DNA of 64,000 nt from Basidiobolus meristosporus CBS 931.73. Taxonomy: Eukaryota > Fungi > Basidiobolomycota. The notes beneath the pieces were generated by a model. The model had not been told where the DNA came from. It saw only the letters and a program-made list of their open reading frames with translations, and searched no databases. Numbering within the stretch: the stretch's first letter is position 1; every line of letters starts with the position of its first letter. The DNA is taken from assembly GCA_002104905.1 (NCBI GenBank), contig MCFE01000031.1, positions 1-64,000 of the forward strand. The letters run 5' to 3'. The position numbers were made by a program, and so were the translations under genes. Positions 23,041-35,410 of this stretch are shown one piece after another.

Positions 23041-23313
23041 ATCCAGACTAACCATAACATTACCCTTAATAGCATTTATTTTACTGGAAGTACAATAAAA
23101 GAGAAAAAGCAAACTTTTAATTTTATCAAAACACCTTCGGAAAAGACGAATACTTTACGATGGGGTCAACCAAATATGCACAGACGAGAGGTGAAGCAAG
23201 CATCTAGGGCAATAGAAGCAAACAATTTCTACCCAAAATAAATCGAAAATATCAAATCAACAGAATGCGCTCTAACCCAGTGAAGAAAGGAGCGATCTTA
23301 TGTATATCTAGTA

Positions 23314-23997
23314 TTAGTCGGACTCCTCATTGGATTTCCTGTTGGGAAGATGGATTTAGTTCCTGCTCCGACCAGGCAGCGCGAAATTGAAACCTACCGT
23401 CGACGACCTCTTCCCCTCCCACGCCCCCTACCACGACCTCGACCTGAATTACTACGCTCTGGCTTGGGGGACGATTCATGGTTGTTCGAGCTAGCTTCGG
23501 CCTCTCCCTCGACTTTCTCCGAAGGATCTGGCACGTTGGCCACTACGTCCCGCAAGAAATCAAACTGCTCTGTGTTGAGCACACATTTTTTTCTAGACAA
23601 AAACCCTGTTAATATCCAGTAATCTACATGGTTTCTGCTAACACATTGTTGGCCCTACAGATGTGCTACCGATAGTCTTTTGGCGTTTCTGGAACGCGTC
23701 TCGCTACAAGCTTCGTCGATAAGAGATTGCATGAAAAGCTCCAGAGCCTTGGCTAGACAATGGAAAACGGTAAACAAAGAGGACAAGCCAACATTGAGCC
23801 CGGATTAAACATACATATCAGAACTGGGGTAGCCTGAGCCATCTTCCCGACATCCTCATCCATTTGCATGATCTTCTTGATGCGTGCCTGGCATTGTAAG
23901 ATGATAAATAGGAAGCCACGGCGCAATCCAAGCCGTGAATACGCGAGAAAAAACAAGCACTTACCACTGGGAACTTGGTCTTGTATTTTTTCTTCAT
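23314..23997 (-). CDS. BUR6: NC2 alpha subunit (Bur6/DRAP1, histone fold) with an RG-rich tail
   Basis: [54 protein letters not shown], with C-terminal GRGRGRGRGRGRR. Confidence 0.93.
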
Positions 23998-24544
23998 CCT
24001 GGCTGTGAATGAAGGTACTCAGGCTGCGGTATTTACGTGAAAGAATGGATGTCTAAATTGACTGATTCTAGTGAGGTGGAATGATCAATGAGGTAAAGAA
24101 TATGTTTGGGTGTTAAGAAAAACTGATTATATCTCTTTCAAGAGCAATTAAATATCCCATTGATCCATTTCCGATCTTTTCTTCCAATCGAGAATCGTGA
24201 TGAGTGATCAGAGGTAAGTGGTCAGCGGTCAGCGGTCAGCTTATCCCTGCCAAATAGATTTATTGCTTCCGATCAAAACCGCGACAATGTTGGCTGTCCA
24301 CGGTCCTCTGGCTGTAGCGTCGTCGTGATTCTTGTCGACATGTAGACATGAGCCATGCTCTCCTTAGCGATTCGGGCCACGCGCAAGGAGCATCACAAAT
24401 ATAGATATATAGATATGTACAAGGGGACCAGGGGCGTCTGACCGGCCATACATCTTACATCCACATACAACGGAGTGAAGAGAATTTAATCATCATTATT
24501 ACGCATGCATGGTCAAAGTGTGGATAACTCTAGTGGGCTATGTG

Positions 24545-24892
24545 TCACTGGGCATCCACAGAGAGGTTAACCAGCTTTAATGGAATAATCTTTACATCCT
24601 CCCAGACCCTGGCGTCGATATATGGGTCTTGGCTTATGATTCTTTTGACCTCCTCCACATCATTGGCCTCATAGATATGACAAGAGCCCATCATTTTTCC
24701 GTAGTCGCTATCGTCAGAGCGTAACGCCCCGACTGCCACCACCTTGTTTTGCTTATACAGCTCTCTGCACCGGTCCAGATGAGCCTCTCGGATAGCAAGA
24801 CGTCGGGATATAGCTTCCGCGTCAATGAAGTCCTTGGCAATAACCAGGTACTGTTTGCAAGCTGGAGGAAAAGGTTCAAAACACAAGCGCAC
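24545..24892 (-). CDS. YCII-related domain protein (5' exon(s) further upstream, start not resolved)
   Basis: QYLVIAKDFID..RRLAIREAHL..GAL..MMGS..DPY..VW is the typical YciI pattern. Confidence 0.8.
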   Translation of the reverse strand: MRLCFEPFPPACKQYLVIAKDFIDAEAISRRLAIREAHLDRCRELYKQNKVVAVGALRSDDSDYGKMMGSCHIYEANDVEEVKRIISQDPYIDARVWEDVKIIPLKLVNLSVDAQ

Positions 24893-25405
24893 TTTTCAGT
24901 AAACACAAACCGAAGACAATGAGAGCAGAAGTGCGGTCAATACCTAAACTGTGAGAAGAGAACCTCCTGATGGTTGCTATTTTGTAGAAGAATCCAGTTA
25001 GTGGTCCCGAAGTGCGACGGCATGAAGGTGTTCTTACGAGGTAGGTGGCTAGCAAGTAAAGAAGCGCCTGACCTAAGATAAAACATGTCGCAACATGCCC
25101 CATCGGAACGCCTGGATGTTTAAGTATATGTGGGAAAAGTCTACGGGATGGGAACATTCAGGAAATATCCCAATCTTCCAAGGTTTGGATGGAAGTTCGT
25201 CATAACATGTACATTCTCTTGGCTGCACTTCAATATATGTTAATATCGCATATTTTCACTGTTACGTCGCTCAAATTCTAATTCGCTGGAAGAGTGAGAC
25301 TATTGCTAACCATATGAAATGCCAGATGTATATATATATTTACAAGTGTATTGATACGGAGCATTTATTAGGGACAAGATCTAGTAGGTAAGCGTCAGGC
25401 AGAAC

Positions 25406-26530
25406 TTAGTTCATTTGCTTGATCAAAGCGTTGATGTTGTCTTCGCGGTTACCAGCATCACCACCTTCAATGAAGTGAGTAGCCTTCTTGCCAGACCATC
25501 CGCCGGTGGGGCTGGAGAGCTTGAAGGGCCACAAGAAGTTGTTGACCTCCTTGAAGTGAGGGCCGCAAGTGGCAATCTCGTGAATAAGATCTTCCATACA
25601 GATGACTCCATATTTGCCGAGGTTTTGTTCGATGATGGCGTTGTCAGTCAAGGCAACTCTTTGCTTGTCGACCTTACCGAATCCACGCTTGTAGATCAAT
25701 TCGCGGACGGACTTGAGGTTAGGTTCACCGTAAGTGATGTAAGGACCAACCAATTGGAGCATTTGTTGGGTAGCCTTGGTCAAACGAATGAAGACACCAT
25801 TGTTGATTTGAAGGAGACGCAAAAGTTGAAGGATCTTGCGGGGCTTGGGGGCAATCTTGTTGATACCCTTGGTACGAATGACGAAGACGACCTTGGGCTC
25901 GGCAGAGATGTAGAAGTTGCCAGCCTTCTTGGCTTGACGCTTCATGGCGATTTCTTGGCTTTCGCGGTTGCGGTATTCGCGAACATAGTCGGCAGCCTTC
26001 TTGAAGATAACGCGACGCTTGTTCTTCTGAGCCTGGAAAATGAACGAATGTGTTATTCGGATGAAAGCCAAAGCCTTTAGCCGTTATCTATGTACCTTGC
26101 GTTGCTCGGCAAGAGCGGCGGCCTTCTCTACGGCGGATTTCTCGGTGGTCTTTCTCTTCTTGAGAAGAGTTTCGGGGACAAGGACGTTATCGACAGTAGG
26201 GGTGGTACTATATTGACGAATTTGGCCGTTAGAAAACTGTGCCGCCGGGAACCGCTCAAAAGAAATGTCGAAAACAGATCAATGAGGAAGACCGGTGAAT
26301 CGATTTAATTACAGCAGAAGCGAATCCTACAGTAACATATCCTTGTCTACTTTGTCGACTCAAGTAACAAGAGTTACATTGATATCTTCACGATATCAAC
26401 CGCAACATCCATTTAAGAAGAAAAGTCAAACCAAAACTTTACTTCCAAATCCTTGAGAAATCCATCTCAAGAGCTAGCGATCCTGCATGAGAACGTGGGG
26501 GAAAGATTAAACAGATACGTACGAAGACAT
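25406..26530 (-). CDS. RPL7: 60S ribosomal protein L7 (uL30)
   Basis: ATG TCT TC | 315-nt intron (26208-26522) | ..[10 protein letters not shown]. Also [32 protein letters not shown] and GDAGNRE. Confidence 0.97.
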
Positions 26531-26774
26531 GTTAGCAACTCCGTTTCTTTGCAAGAAAGGTCTGGGAAAGAGGTTGCATCCATCCAATATCCGAGGAATT
26601 TAACCCCCCAACAAAATTTTCTTTTTTCTCACCATGGATGCAATTGGTGTGATTCGAAATCTGGGTAAATTAGCCTGCTTGTTAATCATGTGTGAGGTTC
26701 GAAAAAAACCCTGCTTGTGAATTAGTCTGTGTTTAATTCGGGGTTAATATTTACACTGGCTTTGCTACTCAAAC

Positions 26775-27909
26775 ATGTCGCAAGTAGAGAGAAACCAAGA
26801 GGCTACCGTGTACATTGGTAATTTGGACGAAAGATGTACCGAATCGTTGGTATGGGAGCTTATGCTTCAAGCCGGTCCTGTTGGTATGTATTTCCGCTTG
26901 ACATTCGTTTTGAGCACCCTGATCTAAACTGCAAAATTAGTGAATGTTCATTTACCCAAGGATCGTGTTACTCAAAGCCATCAAGGGTACGGGTTTTGCG
27001 AGTATCTGACTGAGGAGGATGCGGATTATGCCATGAAGATCATGAACATGATCAAAGTATACGGAAAACCCATTCGCGTCAATAAGGTATTTTGACCATT
27101 TCGCCGCCATTGACTCCGTCATCTAACCAAACGACCCTTTGGAATGTAGGCAAGCGCAGACAAAAAGAACCTGGATGTTGGCGCATCTCTGTTTATTGGT
27201 AACCTGGATCCTGATGTGGATGAGAAGCTTTTGTATGATACCTTTAGTGCATTTGGTGTCATTACCCAGACCCCCAAGGTACGTGGTTATCACCTTTCTG
27301 AACATCGTGAATCGTCGCCTAATTCCTCTTTTCTTGTTCAGATTGCCAGAGATCCGGATCTAGGTAATTCCAAGGGTTACGGTTTTGTCAGTTATGACAA
27401 CTTCGAGTCGTCCGATGCTGCCATCGAGGCCATGAACGGACAATATCTTGCAAACAAACCAATCTCCGTTTCGTACGCTTTCAAGAAAGACGGAAAGGGA
27501 GAGAAGCATGGTTCCGCTGCCGGTAAGTTGCTCCTTATCCTAACTCCACCACATACACAAGCTAAAAACACTCGTGGCTTTTAGAGCGTCTCTTGGCTGC
27601 TCAAGCAAAGAAGAATCAAGCCATGCCAAACAAGCTGTTTGCCGACGTTCGACCGATGCCTATGGGTGTACCTCCTCCTATGTTGGGTATGGCACCCGTT
27701 GCTGGAATGGTTCCTGGCTTTCCACCAGTCCCACCAGTTGGATATGCCCCAGGCCCCCCTATGATGTCGATGGGTGGTAAGGATCAAGTTGGATGTTTGT
27801 TGCTTTCCTATACAGCTCCTAACGAATTTTCGTAGCACCAAGACCACCATACCCTGCTGCCGTACCCGGCCAGTACCCAGGCTATGCTCCCCAGCCGCCC
27901 CAATATTAG
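26775..27909 (+). CDS. HSH49: Splicing factor 3B subunit 4 (two RRMs plus Pro-rich tail)
   Basis: [38 protein letters not shown] and [20 protein letters not shown]. Confidence 0.96.
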
Positions 27910-28086
27910 ACATGCGTGTACAGCCATAAAATCGCCACTCCACTCTCATCCAGCGAAGCCAAGAACGGAATTTCTTATACTCAAAGATGTAATATAAAAT
28001 AAAACACCTCGAGTTCAATCGATCGGTATACGTTTATTTCAAATACTCTCCAAAATACACTGTACATATGCAAAAGTTGGCGTTTC

Positions 28087-29551
28087 TCAGTGGTCGATCG
28101 AGTGGTCCGAGTTGTAATCAACATGGACAAATGCTCGGTCTAACGTTGGGTAGCTGCTCGAGGGTGATTTGTAGATCTTCTCCAATATCATGCGACTCCT
28201 TCAGCGAGGTGCCAGGGGGGAGAACTATGTGTGCCTCAACGTGGATATTTTCGCCAACGTAGTATGCGCGAAGCTGTGTTCTCCAATTAGTCAAGATCAA
28301 CGGATCACTGGGAAATCCACACTTACCGTCTCAACCTCCAGGATGCAAGGGTTGTAGCGAAGAATCATGTACACAAGCTGCTGAATCTCCTGGGTGCTAG
28401 CGGTGTGGCCGGTCAGCCGTATGATGTTCTCTACACAGACCAACACAATCAATATCAAAACACACGTTAGCGCAAGGTGGGGAACTCGTACCAAGACATA
28501 CGCCGATCCAATTGTAGATAAACAAGATCGCCAGGATGATGGCCCCCACAGAGTCGATCCACCACCAGGAAGTAACACCGGCTGAGATAAAACTGAATTA
28601 GCCACCGGATGGTCAAACATCCCCCTACCGAGACTTACCTATCAATGGAAATATGAAGGCCAACGTGTTGAACACCACATCATTGCCATGATCCTGGGCA
28701 AGGGTTTGCACGGTCATGTTCTTGATGTTCCGACACCAGATCCACAGAAGAACTTCACCACAATCACAATGCCAAGGAAGATGCCGGTCGAAATACTCAT
28801 CGAAATATCGGAATCGTCTGGTGAGAGCAAGTTCTTGAATGACTCTATAATAACCTGGAATAGGGAAGTGGCGGTGACCGCGGCGAAGACCACGATACTT
28901 AACGGCTCCATTCTCGACTAATACACTGGTTCAGCAAAGGGGAAGCCAAACATAGGCAAGGGCATTCTAGCTACTAACCTTTCCGATAGGGTATTTGTAG
29001 AAATTCTTCCGCCGAATGATGATGGAGGTGCAAAAAATGACTGTACCAGCCATGATATCTAGGAACGAGTCTAGTGCAGAAACCAGGATGGCCAAACTGC
29101 CCGAGGACAGGGTCATGTATACCTTCATGACGAAGAGGCAGATATTGGCCAAGAAGCTGATGTTGATCGCCCAGGACACTTGCTTGTTGCGGTTACTATT
29201 TATCAAGGGGGTAGTCTCGAGGTTGGTTTCAGGCAGCTGGATCAGCCTGGGTAGCCCTTTGGTATCGCTCAGGATGTCATCCACCTCCTCGAATCTTTCC
29301 AGCTGCTCATTCTGACCTTGGTAGAACCGACGTACGTGCTTGCCTTTGATGCGTTTCAAGTCTTCGGTTGAAGTGTATTTGTCTAGAAACCTCTTAAAGA
29401 ACTGGTCGCTCATGATAGGTGCAGGAGCAGGAAACCACGATGACTTCGAATTTGTGTACCACCTAGGGCGGTTTTTTTTCGGCTTGCAGAATATTTTTGA
29501 CGAAACAAAGTCATGGATTTTATCGCTGATACGAATCCATTGGCTGCTCAA
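28087..29551 (-). CDS. Cation diffusion facilitator, Mn-CDF (MTP8-11-like) clade
   Basis: FY..QNE.LERFEEVD, SGSLAILVSALDSFLD, KYPIGKSRMEPL, AQDHGNDV, and C-terminal HVEAHIVLP..HDIGE.LQ..LE..HVDY. Confidence 0.9.
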
Positions 29552-29918
29552 TCAGTGTGATGGATAGATTCTATATTTGAACCTTGACGTGATGGGTAGT
29601 GTGCATCTTTATCTGTTCCTAGGCTTGACTCACGTTATACGTAATTGCTTGTGCGCCTATGCACATTGCAAAAGACGGTCACCTTGTGGACTCAAACCTA
29701 TTTGGTTTAAGGGGAGCCAACCCGCTACTTAATTTACTCCGTGAGTGGTATATTAGAATACTCACGTGTATTGATCAATCACAAGGCTGAATGGCAATAT
29801 CAGGTGACTGGATTTTTTTGAATTCTTGGAGGATGGCCAGGTAGGATTTCTCTTCACCTAGCCCAAGTGTAAGCATCTTTCCGCTTTAGGCTATTATCAC
29901 TCGACCTACCCAAAATCA

Positions 29919-31582
29919 GTGATGAGTGAGAAGGATATTGAACCTGAAGATATGTATCCTGGTGAGGAGCAGTCCGCCTACTCCCAAAGGGGAGCAGACG
30001 CGCTCTCACACGGCCCTCTCCACGACAGCACGGACGTAGAGGCCACCCAATTCGCAGCAAGCCACGTTTCCATTTCCACCACTTACACCCACGTTGACAT
30101 AGTGAATGAGTCCTTACTGCCCCCAGCCACCAGAGACCAAGAATCCGGGGATTTCCCCCCTTACCAACGCGTTCTTGACGAAGCCCCTTTAGGCGATGAC
30201 GACGCGAGACCTGCCGACGCTCAGGTGGAGACGCCGAAGAGCCAGTTACCCGTTGAGATAGATGGGTTGAATCCGGGGCAGGAGCTTTCCTTCGACATGG
30301 GCCAAAGCCAAGATGGCAAACCCGTAGCCAACAGCGCCTCCCTCCCCATATCTGAGGATTCACAACTGCCTCTGGGTATGAAGCTCATATATCAGTGTTT
30401 TCCTAGCGCCCAGTACTAAACTGATACGAGCGTTTTTTAGAAAGCGAGTCGACCCCGCTAGACGCCGTGGATGTGCCAGCCTCCGATGGCTCTACTGTAA
30501 ATAGCCCCGAGGTCAAAAAGGTCCGAAATAGATGGACCCCGGAGGAGACGAATTCGCTGATCAACGGGTGTTTCGAGGTAAGGTTCTCAAGGCTGCCGGC
30601 GGCCATTTTCGAGGGAGATGCTGATCCCGTTCCATCTGAGGTAGCATGGGGTTGGTGCATGGAAGAAGATACTCGACGACCCGAAGTACTCCTTTGTGAA
30701 TCGAACTTCCGTCGACCTGAAGGACAGGTGAGTGCGTTGAGTGATTGGGCAGCTGGCCGACGGAGATACTCACACGATTTAGATTTCGCACGCTGTTTCC
30801 CGAAGAGTACCATAGGCTGTATCATACATCTATGCAGAAGCTTCGCGAGTTCAAGAAGCAGCCTGCAGAGTCATATCCCACCCCGTTTCGCCGGGTGGAT
30901 CGAAGGCCGAAAAGAAAATTCAATCAGGAGGATGACGAAAACCTCAAGGCCGGGTTCCAAAAGGTGGGTCACACTCGGCAGGAAACAAACTTCGTCGACC
31001 AGGTAGTAATCTTTCTGGCAGTACGGCTGTGCCTGGGCGAGAATCGTCAAGGATCCCAGCTTGAACCTTCAAGACAGAAGAAGCACCGATCTTCGGGACA
31101 GGTACGTCGTCGTCGCGCGGTCATTGGGGTCACGGTAGACTCACCCATCCCGCCCCTGTAGATTTAGGACTGCATTCCCGGAGATCTATGAGCAGCTTGG
31201 GTACGCTCCTAAATATCCTACCAAGCTTTCGCGAAGCCAGGCCAGCGAGGAGCCCGGTATGTGTGCAGAATCCGGCAAAATCTAATCAGCCCATCATCTC
31301 ACTCACTTCGTTGCAGAGAATTCTCAACCAGACAGCCTGTCGAACACGCCGACTGCATATGATGAGGCCAACCTCTTTCACCAGCTCGACACCCAACCGC
31401 AATCACCAACCCCTCACACGCCCACTCAACATGGCTCCACCAAGGGGCCACTAACGCCGCCACCCACGAAGAAAAGGAAAAAGAAGAACATTCCCATTCG
31501 CCCAGAGCATGAGGAGACGGTCGAATCAGTCTACGGGAAGGTGGTGGACGCTCAGCTCAAGGAAGGGGTACGTATAGGGTGA
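29919..31582 (+). CDS. TAY1: Double-Myb telobox protein, Tay1/Teb1 (TRF-like); 3' end approximate
   Basis: Myb1 RWTPEETNSLINGCFE/HGVGAWKKILDDPKYSF.NRTSVDLKDRFRT and Myb2 KFNQEDDENLKAGFQK/YGCAWARI..RRSTDLRDRFRTAFPE. Confidence 0.85.
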
Positions 31583-32403
31583 ATAATTCTATGTAACAAG
31601 AGGAGTGTCTGATCCAAGCGTTGATGTCAGATCGGGTCGGATGTTTGGATTTCAGGTTCGGTGAACACGGATCAGTATGTTGGGACATTCGGCCAGATGG
31701 AAGCTGCCGCTGCTTCCTCAAATGATCAGCAAGATCAGTACCGTAAAATCCTTCCCAAACAATAAGTGCCGCCACCGTGGAGTGTATCTTGTCATTGACT
31801 TCCATGAAGTGTGTCTTGTCATTATAATTAGTTGGCTTCCATGAAGTGTATCTTGTCATTATAATTTGTTTGTTTATTAAAGCGAGTTCAGTACCAAACT
31901 AATCAATGCCGTAGTCAAGAGCCCCCTGACAGTCATCTGAACAGCGGTGTTACCTAGTTTTGAATAAGCAATCTGAGTTCTGGGGGATTGCTTTCTAGGG
32001 GAGGCCTATGATGAAGCTAAGACATTGCGATCAATTATGTCGCTGGGTACTTTCTATGCGGGAATTGAAGCGCTGGGAGCGAGTATTGACACACTGTGTT
32101 ATTCTATCAAGACCATCAGCTCAAATCAACAAGCGATTCGGTTTCAATCAATAATGGGATACGCAGCTGACATCATTCATCGAAAGGGCCGCAATGAAAA
32201 CCGGTTTAACGAGGGGTACGATTACAGAGTCACGTAATGAGAGTGGTGCTACAAACAGGGAGTTGTCTTTATGCAGAATGGTGCGAATATATTAATTCCA
32301 TCTCCAGTCAATGGCGTCAACATATCGTGAATTTGGAATAAAAGCTTCCAATTTCTCACTCCCATGATACTCAGACTCTCTCTCTCCTGACCCATCCAAC
32401 CTA

Positions 32404-33659
32404 ATGAAACTCACTGCCTGCCAATCCATTTTGACCGTCCTCCTTGCTCTCGATGTGACGGCGGCATTCTCCACGTATGCTTTCCTGCTTATTGGTTGCT
32501 GTGTTCTCCCACTGACTTCTTTTTTAGCATCAAGATTAGCAAGGCCGACGAGACTCCATCCCAGAGACTCTCCAGGTATGCTCAAACTGGGCAATATGCC
32601 ACACAAAAGTATTTCGGCATTGTCAGCCAGAAGAACGAACAAACCTCGATTCCTGTTGATGAGTTCGGAAAGGTGAAGCACGGAGTGCCCATCTCCAACT
32701 TTATGAATGCCCAATACTTTGGTGAGGTCCAAATCGGCACTCCCGCCCAGACCTTCAAGGTGGTCTTCGACACGGGCTCGTCCAATCTCTGGGTTCCTTC
32801 GACTCACTGTACCTCCATTGCATGCTTCTTCCACAAGCGCTTCGATTCCCAGCAGAGCTCCACCCACAAAGCCAACGGCACTCAGTTTGCCATCCAATAC
32901 GGAAGTGGAAGCTTGGAAGGGATCATCAGCAATGATGTGGTTCGTCTTGGCGACATCACTATCGAGAACTGCGATTTTGGTGAGTCGGTGAAGGAGCCGG
33001 GACTTGCCTTCGCCTTTGGCAAATTTGACGGTATCCTTGGCATGGGATACAACACCATCTCCGTCAAGGGCGTCATACCCCCGTTCTATCACATGGTTGA
33101 CAAGAATTTGATCGACAAACCCATGTTTTCCTTCTGGTTGAACAGCGCAGATAACGGAAACGAAGGAGGAGAACTTGTCCTCGGTGGTTATAACCCCGCT
33201 CACTACTCCGGAAAGATCCACTGGGTGCCAGTCACCCGCAAGGGATATTGGGAGGTGCAGTTGGAATCCGTCGCCTTCGACGGGGATGACATTGGTCTTG
33301 AGCCCGTCGGAGCCGCCATCGATACCGGCAGCTCCCTCCTCGTGGTCCCCTCAGCGTTGGCCGAACTGATCAACAGCTTGCTTGGTGCCAAGAAGAACTT
33401 CGCCGGACAATATGTCCTGGACTGCGGAAAAATCCCCAGTCTCCCAAGCCTGACTTTGACCTTTGGCGGCAAGCCATTCGTGTTGACTGCTGATCAATAC
33501 ATCCTGAAGGTCCAAAACCAATGCGTTTCTGGTTTCATGGGAATGGACATCCCCGCACCTGCCGGTCCGCTCTGGATCGTCGGCGATGTGTTCCTTAGAG
33601 CCTACTATACGATCTATGATCTTGGCAAGCACCGGGTCGGATTTGCCAAATCCAAGTAA
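32404..33659 (+). CDS. PEP4: Vacuolar aspartic protease (proteinase A/cathepsin D-like)
   Basis: Signal peptide MKLTACQSIL, NFMNAQYFGE, catalytic FDTGSSNLW and AIDTGSS, and WIVGDVFLR.YY. Confidence 0.95.
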
Positions 33660-33893
33660 ACCACCACTAATCATTCATAGCGGCTCCCTGTTCGGTGTAT
33701 TTGGAGGTTTAATATAAGGCTGAAATGTAAATTCACTGATGTTCAATAAAGTTTGTCTGTAAATTACTCCTAACGTTCCGGGGAATCCCGAGTCCCCCGC
33801 CGCACTCGGAAAAAAAGGGGGAGTTTTGCTTGGATCATTTTCGATGGAGATATTTACTGGCAGCTTGTACGCACCACGTTTGAGCTTGAACCT

Positions 33894-35410
33894 ATGTCTA
33901 GCAGTGTAGCGTCGTTGGAAGGGGAGGGTGCCTCAATACCCGAAGATCCCGTTCCACCCACCAAAAGGAAGAAATCTGACCAGCCCGAGCCAGACTTTAC
34001 CTTCACCTGCACACAGGTATGGAGACGCTGGCTCGATCAGAACATCAACACGTTGGTAGTAGGTAAAATGTTTGCCGACCAGGCGGAGGCCGATGTGATC
34101 TTGGGAACAGACACGGGGAATATCATTGTAATCAACTCTAATAAAGTGAGTGCCCCCTTCCTCTCAAATGGTCGTGCGTTCCCTCTCTAATTAACTTGGG
34201 CTTGGTGGAAAAGAAAGACGTCGTTCTAGACACGAAAGCGGACGCCATCCAGACCCTGCTCTTACACGACGTGACCAGATTGGGTGGTTCGGAACTGTTG
34301 GCGGGCGATTCTCAAGGGACCATCATTACCTTTTGTCGGGAGCAGATACTTAGTAAACAATCCTTCGGCTCCTCGGTGAAATGTCTGGAGGTCTATTTCG
34401 ACGCATGTACTGAGTATAGCCTGTCTCTTTTCTGTTGTTCCCTTTAGCTGACAAAATCTGGTCGAGTTTAGTGAACGGGTTTGAGGTGGTATCGGGCGAT
34501 ATGACCGGAGTGATCACGGCGTTCCTTCCCCATTGGCGTTTGTGGCGTACGAGTCTTTACGACGAGACGTTCAAACTTCCTAGAGCGTATCTGGTAGGAG
34601 TTTATGAGCCAACCGTCTGCACCATTTGTACCACTAGTATCTAAAGAATCCCCTCCCATTGGCACCACCAGAACGACACCGACGATCCGGCCATCCGGTG
34701 TCTCTTATCGGTTATCCTGCCGGATGCACACGGGGTTGATACCCATTTCATACTGGCCTGTGACGGAAGTCCCTACGTTCATTTCCTGCAAAAGGGGACG
34801 CTGACGAAAAGCCTGGAGCTGCCATGTCTGATCAACTGTGTAAGTGGGGGATTTTTGGCCGATTCACCTTGATGGTAAGTGGTTAATCCGGATGCTTCGA
34901 TTAGATGTGTTATGGGTACTTCGTCGAGAGTACCTCTCCCCAGAAACCGCACCAGGTAGCCTTAGGTGGGAACGATGGGAACGTGTACATATTGGAGGAT
35001 TTCAAGGTAAGTGGGACCCAGTGCGAGTTGGAAAAGCGCGTGGACTGATGTGGATGTAGGTGAGAAAGCTGATGAACATCGACCACCCGGTAACCAACGT
35101 CAAGCGACTGAAGATGGAGGGCACCACCGACGTGTTGCTGTGCACGGGACACATGAACGGCGCGCAGCTCTACAAGGATGGCAGGGTAGGGAGATCCATA
35201 TTTCCAATACGCAATCCAACCAATTTTCGCTGAGCAGTGCGTTTCTAGCTGATACATCAGATCGAGACCGACGACTGGATCCATGGGGTCGGGATTGGCG
35301 ATATCGACAAGGACGGTGCCGACGAAATCGCCTTCAGTTTGTTGAACAACGAAGTGCTGGTTTACAAGTATCGACACTCCGTTGGGCCTGTTCACATGTT
35401 TGAAGCATAA
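33894..35410 (+). CDS. Beta-propeller protein with an FG-GAP-like motif, function unknown
   Basis: Multi-exon ORF with repeated blade-like motifs (VILGTDTGNI, LLAGDSQGTI, VVSGDMTGVI, VALGGNDGNV) and C-terminal GIGDIDKDGADEI. Confidence 0.7.

Noticed and set aside
25415-26080. 221-aa ORF antisense to RPL7
   Set aside because: It mirrors the RPL7 exon, a typical by-product of strong codon bias. No domain similarity.
26208-26522. Box C/D snoRNA in RPL7 intron 1
   Set aside because: No RTGATGA and CTGA pair found on the sense strand. Kept only as a structured-intron hypothesis.
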